Below the pieces are notes generated by a model, which saw only the letters and a program-made list of their open reading frames with translations, had not been told where the DNA came from and made no database searches. The translations under genes were made by a program, and so were the position numbers. 20,980 bases of DNA from the NCBI GenBank assembly GCA_013416795.1, contig RQSC01000012.1, forward strand, positions 141,625-162,604, read 5' to 3'. The DNA is from Prasinococcaceae sp. CCMP 1430. Lineage: Eukaryota; Plantae; Prasinodermophyta. This document shows, piece after piece, positions 18,815 to 20,980 of the stretch; the first letter of the stretch is position 1; each line of letters begins with the position of its first letter.

Positions 18815-19132
18815 TCACTCCTCGTCGTCTCCCGCGCCGTCGTCGCTGTCGCGCCGCCGCGTGTCGCCCTCCGCTGCCTCGGCGGGGGCGGCGCCGTCAC
18901 CGTCTCCCTCCGCGGCGGGCGCCTCCTTGGCCTCCTCGGCGGCCTCGGCGGCCCCCTCCGCGGCCCCGTCGGGCGCCTCGTCGCCGGCGGCGGCCTTGCC
19001 CGCGCCCTCCCTCTCCCTGCGCCGCTCCTGCCGCTCCCTGCGCTCGCGCTGCCGCTTCTCCTTCAGCTCCTTGGCGCGCTCCGACAGCTCGGGCCGGCGC
19101 TCCACGCCGTCCCAGTGCTTGCTCGCGACAAC
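18815..19132 (-). CDS. Terminal exon of an unidentified protein (charged helix plus acidic Ala/Glu/Asp tail); upstream exons are in or beyond the gap
   Basis: Acceptor CGCTCAG (19133) follows a microsatellite intron, then VVASKHWDGVERRPELSERAKELKEKRQRERRERQERR...GDDEE*. The reading phase is assumed. Confidence 0.55.
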   Translation of the reverse strand, partial: VVASKHWDGVERRPELSERAKELKEKRQRERRERQERRREREGAGKAAAGDEAPDGAAEGAAEAAEEAKEAPAAEGDGDGAAPAEAAEGDTRRRDSDDGAGDDEE

Positions 19133-19164
19133 CTGAGCGAGATGGCGGAGCGAGCAGGCGCGCA

Positions 19165-19165
<1 letters not shown>

Positions 19166-19255
<90 letters not shown>

Positions 19256-20236
19256 NNNNNNNNNNNNNNNNNNNNNNNNNNNNNNNNNNNNNNNNNNNNN
19301 NNNNNNNNNNNNNNNNNNNNNNNNNNNNNNNNNNNNNNNNNNNNNNNNNNNNNNNNNNNNNNNNNNNNNNNNNNNNNNNNNNNNNNNNNNNNNNNNNNNN
19401 NNNNNNNNNNNNNNNNNNNNNNNNNNNNNNNNNNNNNNNNNNNNNNNNNNNNNNNNNNNNNNNNNNNNNNNNNNNNNNNNNNNNNNNNNNNNNNNNNNNN
19501 NNNNNNNNNNNNNNNNNNNNNNNNNNNNNNNNNNNNNNNNNNNNNNNNNNNNNNNNNNNNNNNNNNNNNNNNNNNNNNNNNNNNNNNNNNNNNNNNNNNN
19601 NNNNNNNNNNNNNNNNNNNNNNNNNNNNNNNNNNNNNNNNNNNNNNNNNNNNNNNNNNNNNNNNNNNNNNNNNNNNNNNNNNNNNNNNNNNNNNNNNNNN
19701 NNNNNNNNNNNNNNNNNNNNNNNNNNNNNNNNNNNNNNNNNNNNNNNNNNNNNNNNNNNNNNNNNNNNNNNNNNNNNNNNNNNNNNNNNNNNNNNNNNNN
19801 NNNNNNNNNNNNNNNNNNNNNNNNNNNNNNNNNNNNNNNNNNNNNNNNNNNNNNNNNNNNNNNNNNNNNNNNNNNNNNNNNNNNNNNNNNNNNNNNNNNN
19901 NNNNNNNNNNNNNNNNNNNNNNNNNNNNNNNNNNNNNNNNNNNNNNNNNNNNNNNNNNNNNNNNNNNNNNNNNNNNNNNNNNNNNNNNNNNNNNNNNNNN
20001 NNNNNNNNNNNNNNNNNNNNNNNNNNNNNNNNNNNNNNNNNNNNNNNNNNNNNNNNNNNNNNNNNNNNNNNNNNNNNNNNNNNNNNNNNNNNNNNNNNNN
20101 NNNNNNNNNNNNNNNNNNNNNNNNNNNNNNNNNNNNNNNNNNNNNNNNNNNNNNNNNNNNNNNNNNNNNNNNNNNNNNNNNNNNNNNNNNNNNNNNNNNN
20201 NNNNNNNNNNNNNNNNNNNNNCACACACACACACAC

Positions 20237-20317
<81 letters not shown>

Positions 20318-20416
20318 CACACACACCACACACCACACACCGCACACCGCACACCACACACACACACCACACACACACCACACACCGCACACACGCACAC
20401 ACACACACGCACACAC
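19166..20416. repeat. (TG)n tract (19166-19255) and (CA)n tract (20222-20416) flanking an assembly gap
   Basis: Read directly. Confidence 0.9.
19256..20221. other. Assembly gap (966 N)
   Basis: Run of N. Confidence 1.
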
Positions 20417-20452
20417 GCAGGCACGCGCGTGCGCTGTCGCCCTCGCCGATCG

Positions 20453-20533
20453 CCCTAACTTCGGCCGCCGAGGCGCCGCGGAACTTCCAAGGCTTTTTCA
20501 TATACGACTACTAACCCTATCATGTACCCTAAT
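20453..20533. promoter_or_regulatory. Three telo-box-like CCCTA(A) motifs
   Basis: CCCTAA (20453-58), TAACCCTAT (20512-20) and CCCTAA (20528-33) in an AT-richer island upstream of the minus-strand gene. Confidence 0.35.
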
Positions 20534-20595
20534 GTAGGCGCATCACCCGAAACCTCCTTTGCCGCCCCTTGTAATTATATGGGTGTGACGCGCCA

Positions 20596-20760
20596 GCGTT
20601 TCAGTGCGTTTTGACGTGGGCGCGACAGAGGTCAAAACGCATTGATACGCACTCGCGCGTGCGTTTTGACGTGGGAGCGAAGGAGGTCAAAACGCATTGA
20701 AACGCACTCGCGGGTGCGTTTTGACGTGGGCGCGAACGAGGTCAAAACGCATTGGAACGC
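20596..20760. repeat. Three-copy 55-nt tandem repeat, each unit containing a perfect 11-bp inverted repeat
   Basis: TGCGTTTTGAC at 20605, 20660 and 20715, and its complement GTCAAAACGCA at 20631, 20686 and 20741, with 15-nt loops and 18-nt linkers. Confidence 0.95.
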
Positions 20761-20980
20761 GCCCGCGCGGGGCGGGCGGGGGGCGTCGGCGTCGCGCGGC
20801 GGCCGCCGCGAGCTTTGAGAATTTCATCACCGTCGTTTCGTTTTTAGCGTCCTTTTGGATATCAAAAAGTGATTTATATGAAATTTGAAGGTGTGTTCTG
20901 CATTTCTAACAGTGCCAGTGCTGCCCCCGCAGCCGCCGCCGGCGGCGGCGGCGGCCAGGCCGGGGCCACAGCGCGCGCCG

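Noticed and set aside
20605-20751. CRISPR interpretation of the palindromic repeat array
   Set aside because: Intervening sequences are only 15-18 nt and nearly identical rather than unique, there are no cas genes, and the context is eukaryotic.

Overview
Gene-dense, very GC-rich eukaryotic DNA with spliceosomal GT-AG introns (CTGAC/CTAAC branch points), abundant (CA)n/(TG)n microsatellites, short AT-richer intergenic islands, five single Ns and a 966-nt N gap. Transit-peptide-like N-termini without signal peptides and TGTAA near 3' ends suggest a green (prasinophyte-like) microalga; this is inference. About 15 genes or gene fragments occur, almost strictly alternating in strand: a partial UIM-like gene (-), a divergent phosphoserine aminotransferase-like gene (+), a Sulfotransfer_2-type sulfotransferase (-), an mTERF-like repeat protein (+), a small Cys-rich protein (+), a small LRR protein (-), a D-cysteine desulfhydrase-family enzyme (+), an ankyrin protein (-), a basic low-complexity protein (+), a 5'-truncated C69 peptidase (-), a bestrophin fragment (+), proteasome alpha-3 (-), a 5'-truncated multi-exon hypothetical gene (-), the last exon of EMC7 (+), and the last exon of an unknown gene (-). 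Most notable are the SerC-like enzyme lacking the Arg residues that bind substrate phosphate, a 3 x 55-nt hairpin array near the right end, and gene-truncating junctions that are probably assembly artefacts. No rRNA, tRNA, CRISPR array or transposase was recognised.
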